A stretch of 64,000 nucleotides of DNA, from the NCBI RefSeq assembly GCF_049347105.1, contig NZ_CP186334.1, positions 3,298,575-3,362,574 on the forward strand, in the 5' to 3' direction. The notes under the pieces are model-generated. The model searched no databases. It had not been told where the DNA came from and was given only the letters and a program-made list of their open reading frames with translations. Of the stretch, positions 11,140 to 21,806 are shown one piece after another. This DNA is from Gaoshiqia hydrogeniformans. Its GTDB lineage: Bacteria; Bacteroidota; Bacteroidia; Bacteroidales; Prolixibacteraceae. Position 1 is the first letter of the stretch. Each line of letters opens with the position of its first letter. The position numbers and the translations under genes are program-made.

Positions 11140-11187
11140 GTGCTGATTTTTTTAATTGAGCTCAAAGGTATACCAATTTTATTTCAG

Positions 11188-11225
11188 AAAAAAGACAACC
11201 GGAATCTTCGTTGAATCCGGTTGTC
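11188..11225 (-). terminator. rho-independent terminator for the vWA gene (minus strand)
   Basis: Perfect 10-bp stem GACAACCGGA / TCCGGTTGTC at 11194-11203 and 11216-11225, with a 12-nt loop. It is flanked by an A6 run on the plus strand, which is a U-run on the minus transcript, about 40 bp downstream of the vWA stop. Confidence 0.55.
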
Positions 11226-11261
11226 CTGGAGTAATATCGTATTGGCAATAAATTGGGCGAT

Positions 11262-13106
11262 CTAATTGTGCGACCGCGCCTGACTTAAACTTTTAGTGAC
11301 TTCAATCAATCGTACAAACTCCCCGCGATAACCTTCTTCATCCTGATCACGGGCGTTTTTAGCCAGTTCTTCAACCTGCTTGTATGTTAAGGCTCCGAGG
11401 TATTCCGAATTTCGGAGCAACATGCCAAATCCGGCCACCGCTGAAGCAAAACGGATATTTTCCGAAGAATTCCTTAGCGGACTAACTTTTGCCGGAACGA
11501 TCTGATCAATCGGGTAACTTGTATCTCCGTCGGGTAATTTGTAGCGTGTTTTTACCGTCACCAGTTCATCGGTATAGTTATTTTCGGATTGCTTCCGGCT
11601 GACCTGGTATTTCAGTTCATCTGTTCCCGGAACTTTTTCTTTGGAACCGGCCGGAATTAACTCGTATAAGGCAGTTACAGAATGGCCCATGCCCATTTCA
11701 CCGGCGTCTTTTTTATCATCTTTAAAGTCTTCGTTGTTTAATAAGCGATTCTCATAGCCAATCAGCCGGTATGCTTTTACGTGTTGCGGGTTGAATTCCA
11801 GTTGCAGTTTCACATCTTTGGCCACAGTAAACAATGTGCCGCCAAACTCTTTGACCAGTACTTTACGCGCTTCCTGCAGGTTGTCGATATACGCGTAGTT
11901 TCCGTTCCCTTTGTCGGCAATGGTTTCCATCTTGTCATCTTTGTAATTGCCCATTCCAAATCCTAAGACAGTCATGAAAATGCCCGATTCTCTTTCGATT
12001 TCCACGAATCGTTCCAATTCTGAAGTACCGGATACCCCTACGTTAAAATCGCCGTCGGTAGCCAGAATGATCCGGTTATTTCCTTCCGGGATGAAGTTTT
12101 CACGGGCAATTTTGTAAGCTAGTTTCAGTCCGGCGCCGCCCGCCGTTGATCCGCCTGCTTCCAGTTTATCGATTGCTGAAAGAATGCTTTGTTTTTGATT
12201 GCCCGTTGTTGAGTTCAAGACAACTCCGGCAGCTCCGGCATACACCACGATTGCTACCCGGTCGTCGGGGCGGAGTTCGTTCACCAACAGGTTCATCGAC
12301 GATTTTACCAATGGTAATTTGTTAGGCGCTTGCATGGAGGCCGATACATCGATTAAAAACACCAGGTTCGATGATGGTAAGGCAGCTTTGTCAATTTCTT
12401 TTGCCTGAAGACCGACCATCAGCAGGTAATGATCGGAACTCCACGGACAGTGGGTCAGTTCCGTATTGATCGAGTAGGGTTTGTCTGCTTCCGGTTTTTC
12501 GTACTTGTAACTGAAGTAGTTGATCATTTCTTCAATCCTGACTGCATCAACGGGGGGCATTTGGCCCAGATTTAAAAACCGGCGTACATTGGTGTACGAT
12601 GCCTGGTCAACATCAATGGAAAAGGTCGACAGCGGATTGTTGATAACATCTTTGAAGCCGCTTTCGTGGATGGTACTGTAATTTTCGGTGTTAAATTCCG
12701 GGCGGGTATAGTAAGCCGGAGCAACGGCATACGAAACTGAGCCGGTCGTGCTTGCTCTTTTTTTTGCACCAAAACCTACCACAATACATTCATTTAAGAC
12801 CTCAGCATCTTCAACGATTATTAGTTCCTGAGTTAATATAACCGGTATAAAATTTCGGTTGTTTACCGGCAGTTTCTTTGTTTGATAACCCTTCGCTGAG
12901 AAAATAAGCGTATCAGTTCCAACGGCCTGAATACTGAAACTACCATCGGCTGTGGTCTGTGAACTGATGGATTTAAGGAGAACGCTAATAGATACCTGCG
13001 GCAAAGCCCGGCCTGTTTCGTCTGTTACTTTTCCTTTTACCGGGAGTTGCGCCATTCCGGAGATTGACAGTAAAAGCGCCAGTGTGATCATGGTTGGATT
13101 TTTCAT
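11262..13106 (-). CDS. secreted von Willebrand factor type A (vWA) domain protein with an N-terminal carboxypeptidase-regulatory-like domain
   Basis: Signal peptide. vWA MIDAS motif (DVSASM...ATDGDFN). 614 aa. Confidence 0.75.
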   Translation of the reverse strand: MKNPTMITLALLLSISGMAQLPVKGKVTDETGRALPQVSISVLLKSISSQTTADGSFSIQAVGTDTLIFSAKGYQTKKLPVNNRNFIPVILTQELIIVEDAEVLNECIVVGFGAKKRASTTGSVSYAVAPAYYTRPEFNTENYSTIHESGFKDVINNPLSTFSIDVDQASYTNVRRFLNLGQMPPVDAVRIEEMINYFSYKYEKPEADKPYSINTELTHCPWSSDHYLLMVGLQAKEIDKAALPSSNLVFLIDVSASMQAPNKLPLVKSSMNLLVNELRPDDRVAIVVYAGAAGVVLNSTTGNQKQSILSAIDKLEAGGSTAGGAGLKLAYKIARENFIPEGNNRIILATDGDFNVGVSGTSELERFVEIERESGIFMTVLGFGMGNYKDDKMETIADKGNGNYAYIDNLQEARKVLVKEFGGTLFTVAKDVKLQLEFNPQHVKAYRLIGYENRLLNNEDFKDDKKDAGEMGMGHSVTALYELIPAGSKEKVPGTDELKYQVSRKQSENNYTDELVTVKTRYKLPDGDTSYPIDQIVPAKVSPLRNSSENIRFASAVAGFGMLLRNSEYLGALTYKQVEELAKNARDQDEEGYRGEFVRLIEVTKSLSQARSHN

Positions 13107-13234
13107 GACTTAAAATTTTTGAGTTAATATTTGCAGATAGGATGCAGGCCGGAAAAGGATTCCATAAAAAATTCAGATTTTTTTATACAAAAAGATGTAC
13201 TTTTAGTCTCACACACTAAAAATATGCTGACCGT

Positions 13235-13837
13235 TTGTTCCTGAAATCGAAACATAAAACAGATCTGACAGATGAAGAAATCGTTCTTCAATATAAAAGG
13301 GGAAATGATCAGGAGTTGCTGGCTCATCTGTATGGCAGGTATGTGACGCTGGTTTTCGGACTCTGCCTGAAGTATTTTTCCGACCGGGAACAATCGAAGG
13401 ATCTGGTGATGCAAATTTTTGAAAAACTGGCTGTTGACCTACACCGGCACGAGGTCCGGCAGTTTCGAAGCTGGCTGTATGTGACCAGTAAAAATCATTG
13501 TTTGATGGAGTTGCGAAAACGGGAATCGCTGAGAAAGCGGGAAAAGGATTGGGTGGAAAAACAGGCCGGTTTTGTGGAATTTCAACATCAGACGCATCCC
13601 ATTGAAGACGGTGTGGATTTACAGTTGAACGAGGCATTGCGGGATTGTCTCAATCGCCTGAAAGAGGAACAACGGCAATGCCTGCATTGGTTTTATTACG
13701 AAAGTAAAAGCTACCGGGAAATTACCGGTTTAACCGGACTGGAAGAACAAAAAGTAAAAAGTTTGCTGCAAAACGGGAAACGAAATTTGAAAATTTGTTT
13801 GGAGAAAAAACATGTCGGCTCAGAAATCATATCATGA
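13235..13837 (+). CDS. RNA polymerase ECF-type sigma-70 factor
   Basis: Sigma-70 region 2 and region 4 (helix-turn-helix near the C-terminus); 200 aa. Confidence 0.8.
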   Translation: MFLKSKHKTDLTDEEIVLQYKRGNDQELLAHLYGRYVTLVFGLCLKYFSDREQSKDLVMQIFEKLAVDLHRHEVRQFRSWLYVTSKNHCLMELRKRESLRKREKDWVEKQAGFVEFQHQTHPIEDGVDLQLNEALRDCLNRLKEEQRQCLHWFYYESKSYREITGLTGLEEQKVKSLLQNGKRNLKICLEKKHVGSEIIS

Positions 13838-14927
13838 GGAAGAACAGATTTACAGGTATTTGAAGAATCAACTATCTGAACGGGAGAGGAATGCTTTTGA
13901 ACGTGAGTTGCAAAAAGATCCTTTTCTGGCCGAAGCTGTTGAAGGTCTGGCCAGTATGGCGGATGATTGTATTTGGAACGATCTGTCGGAGTTGAAGAAA
14001 GAAATAGTTTCCGGGAATCGTCGTAATCGCCGCATCTGGTGGTATGCTGCCGCGTCGGTTTTGTTGGTTGTCGTCAGTTCGGTTTGGTTATTTGATTTGG
14101 AGCAAAAGACATTTCAGACGATCACTCACAACCGGGAGGAGCGGGCGCCCGAAACGCAAATTCAGGAACACCGCCAGGAGCCCGCTTCGGTTCAAGCTTC
14201 CAAAGAGATCATTGCGGATTTAGCGGATGATACCGAAGAAGAGGCCCTGTTGATGCTTGAGGATGACGAAGAAACTGATCCAAGTGGTCGCAGCATTTCT
14301 CAGGGCCGGAGCGTTCTGACGGAGGATGTTTTTGTACAAGAAGAACAGAACCTGATTGTTTATGAGCTTGATCGGTCGGCTGTTCGCGCAACGGTTGGAG
14401 AGCAAAAAAATGGTTTTCAGGCACCATCGGCCGGAAGTTTAGTCAGACTGCCTGATGTGGCGGATACTTCAGATTTGACACTGAAAGGGATCGCATTAAC
14501 TGATGATCATTCCGAATCTTTTTTACGGATGGGTTCTGGTTTAGAGCCGGCGCTGGACGAGGTCGTTATTGTTGGATACGGGAACCAGAAAAAGGCCGGG
14601 AGAACCGGGGCTGTTTCTTCGGTTGTGCCCGACCGGGAAGCCATACCTTTGGTTGGTTGGGAACAATACCGAACTTATTTGGACCAGGCTTGTCGGAATG
14701 TTCCGGTTGATTCTTCGAAGAAAAAAATTGTGGTGAAAATGACATTTGTTGTGAGTGTAAACGGCCTGCCGGAGCAAATTGAGATTCTGCGCAGCGATGA
14801 TCAAACGTTTGACCGGGAGGCTATCCGGATTGTTCAACATGGCGGATTGTGGTTGCCAAAAGTGAAAGATTCGGTTCTTCAGGCAGAACAGGTGAAACTA
14901 CGCCTTGTCTTTCAGTTTAAGGAATAG
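13812..14927 (+). CDS. putative membrane anti-sigma factor with a C-terminal TonB-C-like domain
   Basis: Overlaps the sigma gene by 26 nt. Architecture is a short cytoplasmic N-terminus, one TM helix (IWWYAAASVLLVVVSSVWLF), an acidic low-complexity linker, and a C-terminal ~90 aa resembling the TonB C-terminal fold. Confidence 0.55.
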   Translation: MSAQKSYHEEEQIYRYLKNQLSERERNAFERELQKDPFLAEAVEGLASMADDCIWNDLSELKKEIVSGNRRNRRIWWYAAASVLLVVVSSVWLFDLEQKTFQTITHNREERAPETQIQEHRQEPASVQASKEIIADLADDTEEEALLMLEDDEETDPSGRSISQGRSVLTEDVFVQEEQNLIVYELDRSAVRATVGEQKNGFQAPSAGSLVRLPDVADTSDLTLKGIALTDDHSESFLRMGSGLEPALDEVVIVGYGNQKKAGRTGAVSSVVPDREAIPLVGWEQYRTYLDQACRNVPVDSSKKKIVVKMTFVVSVNGLPEQIEILRSDDQTFDREAIRIVQHGGLWLPKVKDSVLQAEQVKLRLVFQFKE

Positions 14928-14932
14928 ACGCC

Positions 14933-16117
14933 TTACGCGATTACGCCCGAGCCGATTAGTTCGTCACCATCGTACCAGGCGGCAAACTGCCCCGACGTAA
15001 TTCCGCGCTGTTCGTCTTCAAACAAGAGGTACAAGCCTTCGTCGTGCCGGTAAAGTGTAGCCTTTTCCAGTGGCTGGCGGTAGCGGATCCGCACCCGGTA
15101 GTCGCGGATTTCGCCAATGCCCATTTGTAAGTCGGTCCTGATCCAGTGGATCTCTTCGTTCGAAATGAATAGCCCTGGACGATATAAACCGGGGTGTTCG
15201 GTTCCTTCTCCCACGTAGATAATGTTTCGGGCAACGTCGGTGCCAATCACAAACAGCGGTTCGGAATGGCCGCCGATATTGAGCCCTTTTCGTTGGCCAA
15301 CGGTGTAAAAGTGGGCGCCGCGATGCTCCCCGATGATTTTTCCGTTCCAGGGCCTGTAAGGATAGTGGAAACACAGTTTTTTGAAATTAGCGGGTGACTT
15401 TTCAACCTGTTTTTTCTTATCGATAAAGGTTGAAGAAACTTCTATCACGTTTCCCGTTTTTGGTTCCAGTTGCTGCTGCAGAAAGGTGGGTAAATCCACT
15501 TTCCCCACAAAACAGATTCCCTGTGAATCTTTCCGTGTGGCCGTTGGAAGTTGTTGTTCGGCTGCAATACGGCGTACTTCGGGCTTATCGAGATGCCCGA
15601 TGGGGAAGAGGGACTTACTCAGTTGGTCCTGGTTTAGCTGGCACAGGAAATAACTTTGATCTTTGTTGTTGTCTGCGCCGGCCAGTAACTGGTAGATGGT
15701 TTTTCCGTCTTTTTGGATTTCGGTCTTTCGGCAATAATGGCCGGTCGCCACGAAATCGGCGCCGTGTTTCAGGCACTCGTCCATGAAAATATCGAACTTG
15801 ATTTCGCGGTTGCATAGTACATCCGGGTTTGGCGTGCGTCCCTTGCTGTATTCGTCGAACATATAATCAACCACGCGTTTTTTGTAATGTTCGCTGAGGT
15901 CGACGATATGGAAAGGCATATCCAGTTTTTTGGCTACCATTTCAGCAATCAGCGCATCATCTTCCCAGGTACATTGTCCGGTGAGCGTTCCGGTACGGTC
16001 GTGCCAGTTAATCATAAACAAAGCAATCACGTCATAACCCTGCTGCTTGAGCAGGTACGCCGCCACACTCGAATCCACTCCTCCCGATAAACCAATAACG
16101 ACCCGTTTCATGTGCAA
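14933..16117 (-). CDS. mnmA: tRNA-specific 2-thiouridylase
   Basis: PP-loop SGGVDSS at the N-terminus; 394 aa; MnmA-typical C-terminal domain. Confidence 0.9.
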   Translation of the reverse strand: MHMKRVVIGLSGGVDSSVAAYLLKQQGYDVIALFMINWHDRTGTLTGQCTWEDDALIAEMVAKKLDMPFHIVDLSEHYKKRVVDYMFDEYSKGRTPNPDVLCNREIKFDIFMDECLKHGADFVATGHYCRKTEIQKDGKTIYQLLAGADNNKDQSYFLCQLNQDQLSKSLFPIGHLDKPEVRRIAAEQQLPTATRKDSQGICFVGKVDLPTFLQQQLEPKTGNVIEVSSTFIDKKKQVEKSPANFKKLCFHYPYRPWNGKIIGEHRGAHFYTVGQRKGLNIGGHSEPLFVIGTDVARNIIYVGEGTEHPGLYRPGLFISNEEIHWIRTDLQMGIGEIRDYRVRIRYRQPLEKATLYRHDEGLYLLFEDEQRGITSGQFAAWYDGDELIGSGVIA

Positions 16118-16196
16118 TTAAATTGTGCGACAAAAGTAGAATGAAAATCGGAGATCCGCAATGTTCTGTTTCACCCTAACCGTTTCCGGTGCGATT

Positions 16197-16240
16197 CATA
16201 AAAAAAGGTACCCTTGCGTCAACCGGCAAAGATACCTTTT
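16197..16240 (-). terminator. possible rho-independent terminator for the DUF4382 operon (minus strand)
   Basis: 8-bp stem with one G.U pair (AAGGUAUC / GGUACCUU on the minus transcript) followed by a U7 run; about 70 nt beyond the stop at 16309. Confidence 0.35.
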
Positions 16241-16308
16241 GTAATTCAAAAACAGTCTCGAATAATCTCTGAAAGCTGCTTCCTTTCTTTTCTTGTCTAA
16301 TTATAATA

Positions 16309-17442
16309 TTATCCTGCTGCCGGAACAACAAGTGAAATATTAACTGTAGTTGTAGCTCCCGAAGTGACAACAACGCCGGTTTGCTCAAAGGCGGTGTAAC
16401 CTGTTGCCTGAACCCTGACAATATAGGTTCCGGGCGCGAGTCCGCTGATGGAATAACTTCCGTTTTCGCCGCTAACAGCGGTTGCAATGGCAGCGGGTAC
16501 TTCTTCTCCTTCGGCCGGTGTCGGATGAACGGCAACCGTGATGGCTTGCAGTAAAGTTTCACCGGTGCTTACAACTCCGGCGATAGTTCCCGGTGTTACA
16601 AAAGCGATATCTACGGTCGTTCCTGCGCCGACGGCCACAGTAGCACTTGCTTCAAATTTATCGAATCCTTCGATTTCACAACTGACGGTGTAAGTTCCTG
16701 CCGGTAAGCCCATCACTTTATAGTAACCGTTCTCGCCGGTTTTGGCCGAAAGGGTATCTCCGTTGTGGATAATGTCAACAATAGTGTCGACCAGGGCTTC
16801 ACCGTTGGCAGTCACGGTACCTTCAATCCAACCGGTATTGTCGATAACCGAAGCGCGGATGACCGGTTTAAAATTGAATCCTTTAATTCCGGCCGGAGTG
16901 GCAGCATTTCCCTGCATCACGAATGAACGGCTCACATCAAAATCGACCAGTACGGTTGCAAAACCACCGAATGTAACATTCAGGTCGCCTTCGATTTTAA
17001 TTTTTAAGCCGCTGCTCGATCCGCTGGGAATTTTTAAATCCATCAGAGTACCATCGGTCAGTTTTATATTGGCGCTGACGACATGTAACCGGACTTCATT
17101 ATAACTTCCGGATTCAAGTTCAATCTCTCCTAATTCTGCTGTAACACCGTTTTGCAGGTCAAGCAGGTTAAATGTTGTTTCTCCTTCAAGGTCGAACCCG
17201 ATAAAATCAGATGAGTTTACGTCTTCCTCTTCTTCGTCACCTGCTGATTTGCGGACCTCAACCCGGTCAATGGTCACATTGGCTTCTTCTACCCATTCAA
17301 ATGGGAACGGGGCGTCAGTCAGCAAAAAGCGAACGGTTCCTTTACCTTCTTTGTTAATTGACTCGTCTGTGTTACAAGCGGTAAAAACCACAGCCAGTAA
17401 GGCAATAATCAGGGCCGACATTGTTTTCATTCTTTCTTTCAT
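16309..17442 (-). CDS. DUF4382-like lipoprotein with carboxypeptidase-regulatory-like beta-sandwich repeats
   Basis: Lipoprotein signal (AVVFTAC). Repeated Gly/Thr-rich beta-sandwich segments (GTYTVSCEIEGF, GTYIVRVQATGY). Confidence 0.6.
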   Translation of the reverse strand: MKERMKTMSALIIALLAVVFTACNTDESINKEGKGTVRFLLTDAPFPFEWVEEANVTIDRVEVRKSAGDEEEEDVNSSDFIGFDLEGETTFNLLDLQNGVTAELGEIELESGSYNEVRLHVVSANIKLTDGTLMDLKIPSGSSSGLKIKIEGDLNVTFGGFATVLVDFDVSRSFVMQGNAATPAGIKGFNFKPVIRASVIDNTGWIEGTVTANGEALVDTIVDIIHNGDTLSAKTGENGYYKVMGLPAGTYTVSCEIEGFDKFEASATVAVGAGTTVDIAFVTPGTIAGVVSTGETLLQAITVAVHPTPAEGEEVPAAIATAVSGENGSYSISGLAPGTYIVRVQATGYTAFEQTGVVVTSGATTTVNISLVVPAAG

Positions 17443-17448
17443 AACTCG

Positions 17449-18327
17449 TTACTTTTTTTCGTTAACAATAATTACTTCGTTTGTTTGAAAGGAGTATTCG
17501 AGATTGAGGGAACGACACAGGATTTTGATGGCTGTTTCAGCGCTGGTAGTTTCCAGTTTTCCTGAAAAATGTTTTTGCACTGACTGGTTCAGCAAAATCC
17601 TGACTTGAAAAAAGTTTTCCAGGTCGGCAACAACATTCGAAAGCGTTTCATTTGAAAAGGTCTTTCTAAACGTCGCTGTTCCCGGATACATTTCGTCGGT
17701 ATGAACCATTGATGTTTGTCCGTCGGGTTGATAGATCATTGAATTCCCGGCCGAAATTTCCTGTGCCAGGTTTTTCGTGGTAAACATTACCTTCCCTTCA
17801 AAACAAGTTACCTTTAGTCCATTACTTGTATCCGAAACCTGAAATCTCGTTCCCAAAACGCGAACATCTCCCTTCGGTGTTCTGACAATGAACTTATCCC
17901 CTTTTTTTACCTCGAAGTAAGCTTCCCCTTGTAGCTTGATCTCTCTTTTCCACCAGTATCTTGGGTAACTGACGGCGCTGTTTTCGCTTAAAACAACGCG
18001 GGAGTGATCAGGAAGCCTGATTGCGTTAACTTGTTGAATATTTCCCTCAAATACCTTTAACGAGAAGAAAAAATGAAGAAGGAAAACCAGGACCAGAGAA
18101 GCAGCGGTTGAAATTGCGATTCGATAAACAGGACTTAGTAATATTGCTTTTGTACTGACCTGATTTTGTCGCCCTTCTTCAATTTTCTTTAATATTTTTT
18201 GCAGCACAATATTTTTATCTGTCTTCCCCGGAACTAAATAAGATCTGACTACCTGATCAATCGGACTTTCATTTTGTGTGATTACAGGTAATTCCGGATG
18301 TAGACATATATTGTTGCTGTTTAACAC
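17449..18327 (-). CDS. FecR-family anti-sigma factor / signal transducer (second copy in this locus)
   Basis: Single TM helix and a FecR domain (LPDHSRVVLSENSAV...GEAYFEV...GTRFQV). It is a paralog of the FecR at 20964..21800. Confidence 0.7.
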   Translation of the reverse strand: MLNSNNICLHPELPVITQNESPIDQVVRSYLVPGKTDKNIVLQKILKKIEEGRQNQVSTKAILLSPVYRIAISTAASLVLVFLLHFFFSLKVFEGNIQQVNAIRLPDHSRVVLSENSAVSYPRYWWKREIKLQGEAYFEVKKGDKFIVRTPKGDVRVLGTRFQVSDTSNGLKVTCFEGKVMFTTKNLAQEISAGNSMIYQPDGQTSMVHTDEMYPGTATFRKTFSNETLSNVVADLENFFQVRILLNQSVQKHFSGKLETTSAETAIKILCRSLNLEYSFQTNEVIIVNEKK

Positions 18328-18421
18328 GTTTTTAATTTGTTTACAGCATTAATATCCTTTCATCCGGAAATACCCTACCGGAAAAATCAATTTTTTTTAA
18401 ATAAAAATGTAAGTTGCTTGT

Positions 18422-20977
18422 TTACAGGCTCCTGATGTTGATGAAAAATACCGGGGTGAATTTAACGGAGGTGATATCGGTGCGGATCGAATAAGAACCG
18501 GTACTGTCGGAGATCTTAAAATAATCGACCATCAGGACGTTCTCGCGATTAAACAAGTTTAAGATAGAAAAACCGGAACTCAGGCTGAAATATTTCAACG
18601 AAAACCTTTTTATAACCGAAAGGTCTGTTTGAGCGAAATAGGGGAGCCGCCCAAACGACTGGCTGTCTGTTTCGGTAATTAAATACGGGCTGCCCGAGTG
18701 GTAGTTCAGGCTCGCGGAAAATACCCAGCTTTTATATTTCGCCATTTCAGTCCACCGGAGTTTGAGCCGTTGATCGTCAAAAGGGGGATAACTTTCGCCG
18801 TTATTGAAGACTTCAAACTGTTCCGTCGATTTGGATAATGAGGCGGATAGCATGTGGGTGAAATTACCTTTTTGATAATGAATAAGCGCGTCGAGGCCGT
18901 AAGACTCTGTTTGGCCCGGGTGCGTCACATATTCGATGAATTTTTCTTTTCCGCCGCTGACTTCAGCATAAAGGTTAATTTTCCCGCTTGTTTTTTTGTA
19001 ATAAGATTCCACATTCAGGCTAAGGCCGTTTTTTTCGTAACCGGCTCCAATCACATGCTGGCGGGCCTTCATGATGCCGTTGCCGGTAGTATCGGGTAAA
19101 AACCAAACCAGTTCACTTGTTCCCTGACTGTCGATTTTCCTGATCTGTGATAAAAACTGGTTGTAGGTTCCCCCGGAATAAAACAGGTTCAGGTCGTCGG
19201 TGGGTTTATAGCTGATCCCGTAACGCGGCTGGAGATAGAGTTTATCGGTGATGTCGGCTTTGTTGACCCGCAGACCGGCGCGTAACTGAACTTTTTCTGC
19301 CGGTTGAATGCTCTCCTGGAAATAGGCGTGCAGAATGGTCGCTTTTGAGTCGTAGTTGATCGAATCGACCGGAATATTGCCAACAGAACGCTCCGCCCGG
19401 TACAGGTAACTGACTTGGTTGGTTCTGGCCCCGAAGCCGAGTTGGTGTGTAAAACGGCCGGTTTTAAACTCCGATGACAGGCTGGCCATTAATTCTTCCA
19501 GCTGATTGTCGTCTTGGTCCAGTTCTGTTTTTCCTCCGTGTCCCTGGCTGTTTGGTAACATGCCGGCATTGCGGAGCGAAGAACGGTCCAGTTCATTATA
19601 CCCGAAGTTGAGGTGATGTTGCCAGTGGCTCCCGGCCTGATACCGCCAGTTCCCGCTGAAGCCCCGGTTTTTGCTGTCCATTTCCTGATTCCGGTAAAAA
19701 CGGGATCCTTCATTGAACAGGTAATCCTGTGTTTGCTGGTCATTACTGGTTAATACATTGAAGGAGATTTCCTGTTTTTCGGTTGGTTTCAGACTGATTT
19801 TGAGGTTCAGGTCGTCAAAATAAACAACCGGTTTCATAGTTGATTCTTCGTCTGTGGTAATTTCCTGTTCGAGGATTTGTTTGTATAAATAGTTTTCCCA
19901 AACGTCGATATACGATTTCCGGAAAGCGCCGCTGAGAGAAACGGTTTTCCCGACCGGGATATTGGCGGTGGCATTTACATTGAGCAAATTGGCCGAAAGG
20001 TCGAAGGCTGGTTTATAGTAACTGTTTTTTCCCGACAGTTCAATAATACCCGAAGTCCGTTCGCCCAGGGTGGCATCGAATGCGCCGCGCGAGACGAAAG
20101 CCTGTGAAATGTATTTGGCGTTCAGAACACTCATGCTGCCAAATAAATGGCTGGTTTCCAAAACCGGGATGCCGTCAAGCAAAATCAGGTTTTCAGAAGG
20201 CGATCCGCCGCGAATGGAAATGCCTTGGGTTTGACCGCCCAAAAAATTAACCCCGGGGATGAGACTTAGCGCGGTTACCAGGTCGCCGTCGTCGAGCCGG
20301 GGCATATTGGCGGCTTGTTTTGGGTTGAAGGCTATTTTTTCCGAGTGGTCACGCATTTCCAATACATCTTTTTCCTGTTGGTACACATTGATCGCCTCGA
20401 TGTGAAAAGCGAAAGGCGTCAATGCTATCCGGTGAAATTTTCCGGGTACCAGGCGAAGCATCGTATCCAGCCGCTGGTAACCCAGATGGCCGATTTCTAC
20501 GGCCAACTGATCCGTCTTTTCAATTTTTTCACCAAAAATACCTAATTCGTTGGTGATGGTCCCTTTGCTTGCACCAAAACCGATGTTGCAAAACAAGAGT
20601 GGTTCTCCGGTATGCTTGTCGATGACCAATCCTTCCATTCGGATAAATTCAGGAATTTTTTCGGCGACGGGAGTCGGGTTCTTATAAATGACCCAGGTAT
20701 TTTCAATCTTTTCGTAAAGGAGATGATGCTTTTTGCACAGCTCATCCAGGAACCGGCTTACCGGAATCCCTTCGTAATTCAGTTCCGGTTCAATTTCGGC
20801 GAAGTAGTCGGCATCAAAGGCAAATTGCAATTGGTATACTGCAGCCAGATTTTCCAATACCTGCCCCAGTTTTTTTCCTTTGGATTGAACCGATATTAAC
20901 TTTTCCTGACCAACTGCAAGTATTGAAATGCTTAGGAAAAACAGGAGGATAAAAATATGTGGCTTAATTCCTTTCAA
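18422..20977 (-). CDS. TonB-dependent outer membrane receptor of the transducer type, with an N-terminal signalling extension
   Basis: Signal peptide, an N-terminal STN-like extension, a plug domain (DGIPV...) and an 851-aa beta-barrel. No SusD partner, so it is not a SusC. Flanked by FecR genes. Confidence 0.85.
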   Translation of the reverse strand: MKGIKPHIFILLFFLSISILAVGQEKLISVQSKGKKLGQVLENLAAVYQLQFAFDADYFAEIEPELNYEGIPVSRFLDELCKKHHLLYEKIENTWVIYKNPTPVAEKIPEFIRMEGLVIDKHTGEPLLFCNIGFGASKGTITNELGIFGEKIEKTDQLAVEIGHLGYQRLDTMLRLVPGKFHRIALTPFAFHIEAINVYQQEKDVLEMRDHSEKIAFNPKQAANMPRLDDGDLVTALSLIPGVNFLGGQTQGISIRGGSPSENLILLDGIPVLETSHLFGSMSVLNAKYISQAFVSRGAFDATLGERTSGIIELSGKNSYYKPAFDLSANLLNVNATANIPVGKTVSLSGAFRKSYIDVWENYLYKQILEQEITTDEESTMKPVVYFDDLNLKISLKPTEKQEISFNVLTSNDQQTQDYLFNEGSRFYRNQEMDSKNRGFSGNWRYQAGSHWQHHLNFGYNELDRSSLRNAGMLPNSQGHGGKTELDQDDNQLEELMASLSSEFKTGRFTHQLGFGARTNQVSYLYRAERSVGNIPVDSINYDSKATILHAYFQESIQPAEKVQLRAGLRVNKADITDKLYLQPRYGISYKPTDDLNLFYSGGTYNQFLSQIRKIDSQGTSELVWFLPDTTGNGIMKARQHVIGAGYEKNGLSLNVESYYKKTSGKINLYAEVSGGKEKFIEYVTHPGQTESYGLDALIHYQKGNFTHMLSASLSKSTEQFEVFNNGESYPPFDDQRLKLRWTEMAKYKSWVFSASLNYHSGSPYLITETDSQSFGRLPYFAQTDLSVIKRFSLKYFSLSSGFSILNLFNRENVLMVDYFKISDSTGSYSIRTDITSVKFTPVFFINIRSL

Positions 20978-21800
20978 TTAACTGCAGTTTATTGTTTTCA
21001 ATCAGGTAGTTGAAATTCATAGCACGTGACAGGATCTGAAGAGAGACGCCGCTTTGCGCTAAATTCAGCCGGCCGGTAAAACGCTGTTCGAGCATGCTGT
21101 CGGATGCCGCCAGCGTATAACCTTCGCGTTGACAGATCAGCAGCAGGATCTCTTTTAACGGGCGGCTATGCCAGTAATAAGTCCCCTCCGGTAAATCTGA
21201 CAATACCTCCGGACTGATTTCAAAGGGGCCATCAGCCTTTTCAGTGTCAAAAGTAACGGCCTGCCCTTTTTTTAGAATAATTTCCTGTTGATGCAAACTC
21301 ACTTTTACGGAACCTTCGTAACAATCAACCCTGCCCGATTCCGGCGAATAGGCCTGAATGTTGAACGCTGTACCCAACACCTCCAGGTCTCCCCCAGGGA
21401 AACTGACACGGAAGGTTTTTCCTTTTTTTACTTCGAAAAATGCTTCACCCTTCATTCCGATGACCCGTTCGCCGTTTCGCTTCCGGTAGCTGTATGTCAA
21501 TTCGCTTCGGGTTTTTAAGGTTACCCGGCTGCTGTCGGGAAGCCAGACCAACTGACTGGGAGCAAGGTCGTTTTTTGCGAAACCGGGCTGCTCTGCCTCG
21601 CGGAACAAGGTAAAATATAACAGGACGACAGCTGCCGCAGCAACCGATGACCAGCCAATCATCCTGATCTTTGTATGCTTTGGCGCTTTATGCTCAGCTA
21701 TTTTTTTTGACAGCAGATTCCAGGCTTCCTCCTTGCTCCTGGTTTCAGGTACACGGTAGCCCTTCAGCTGTTGTTCGATATCGAATTTATTTGAGTGCAT
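20964..21800 (-). CDS. FecR-family anti-sigma factor
   Basis: TM helix plus FecR domain (LPDSSRVTLKTRSELTY...GEAFFEVKKGKTFRV...LGTAFNI). Overlaps the receptor gene start by 14 nt. Confidence 0.8.
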   Translation of the reverse strand: MHSNKFDIEQQLKGYRVPETRSKEEAWNLLSKKIAEHKAPKHTKIRMIGWSSVAAAAVVLLYFTLFREAEQPGFAKNDLAPSQLVWLPDSSRVTLKTRSELTYSYRKRNGERVIGMKGEAFFEVKKGKTFRVSFPGGDLEVLGTAFNIQAYSPESGRVDCYEGSVKVSLHQQEIILKKGQAVTFDTEKADGPFEISPEVLSDLPEGTYYWHSRPLKEILLLICQREGYTLAASDSMLEQRFTGRLNLAQSGVSLQILSRAMNFNYLIENNKLQLIERN

Positions 21801-21806
21801 ATACCT

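Noticed and set aside
16176-16562. 128-aa minus-strand ORF overlapping the 3' end of the DUF4382 gene in another frame
   Set aside because: It overlaps a better-supported lipoprotein gene. Its start lies inside that gene and it shows no signal or motifs.
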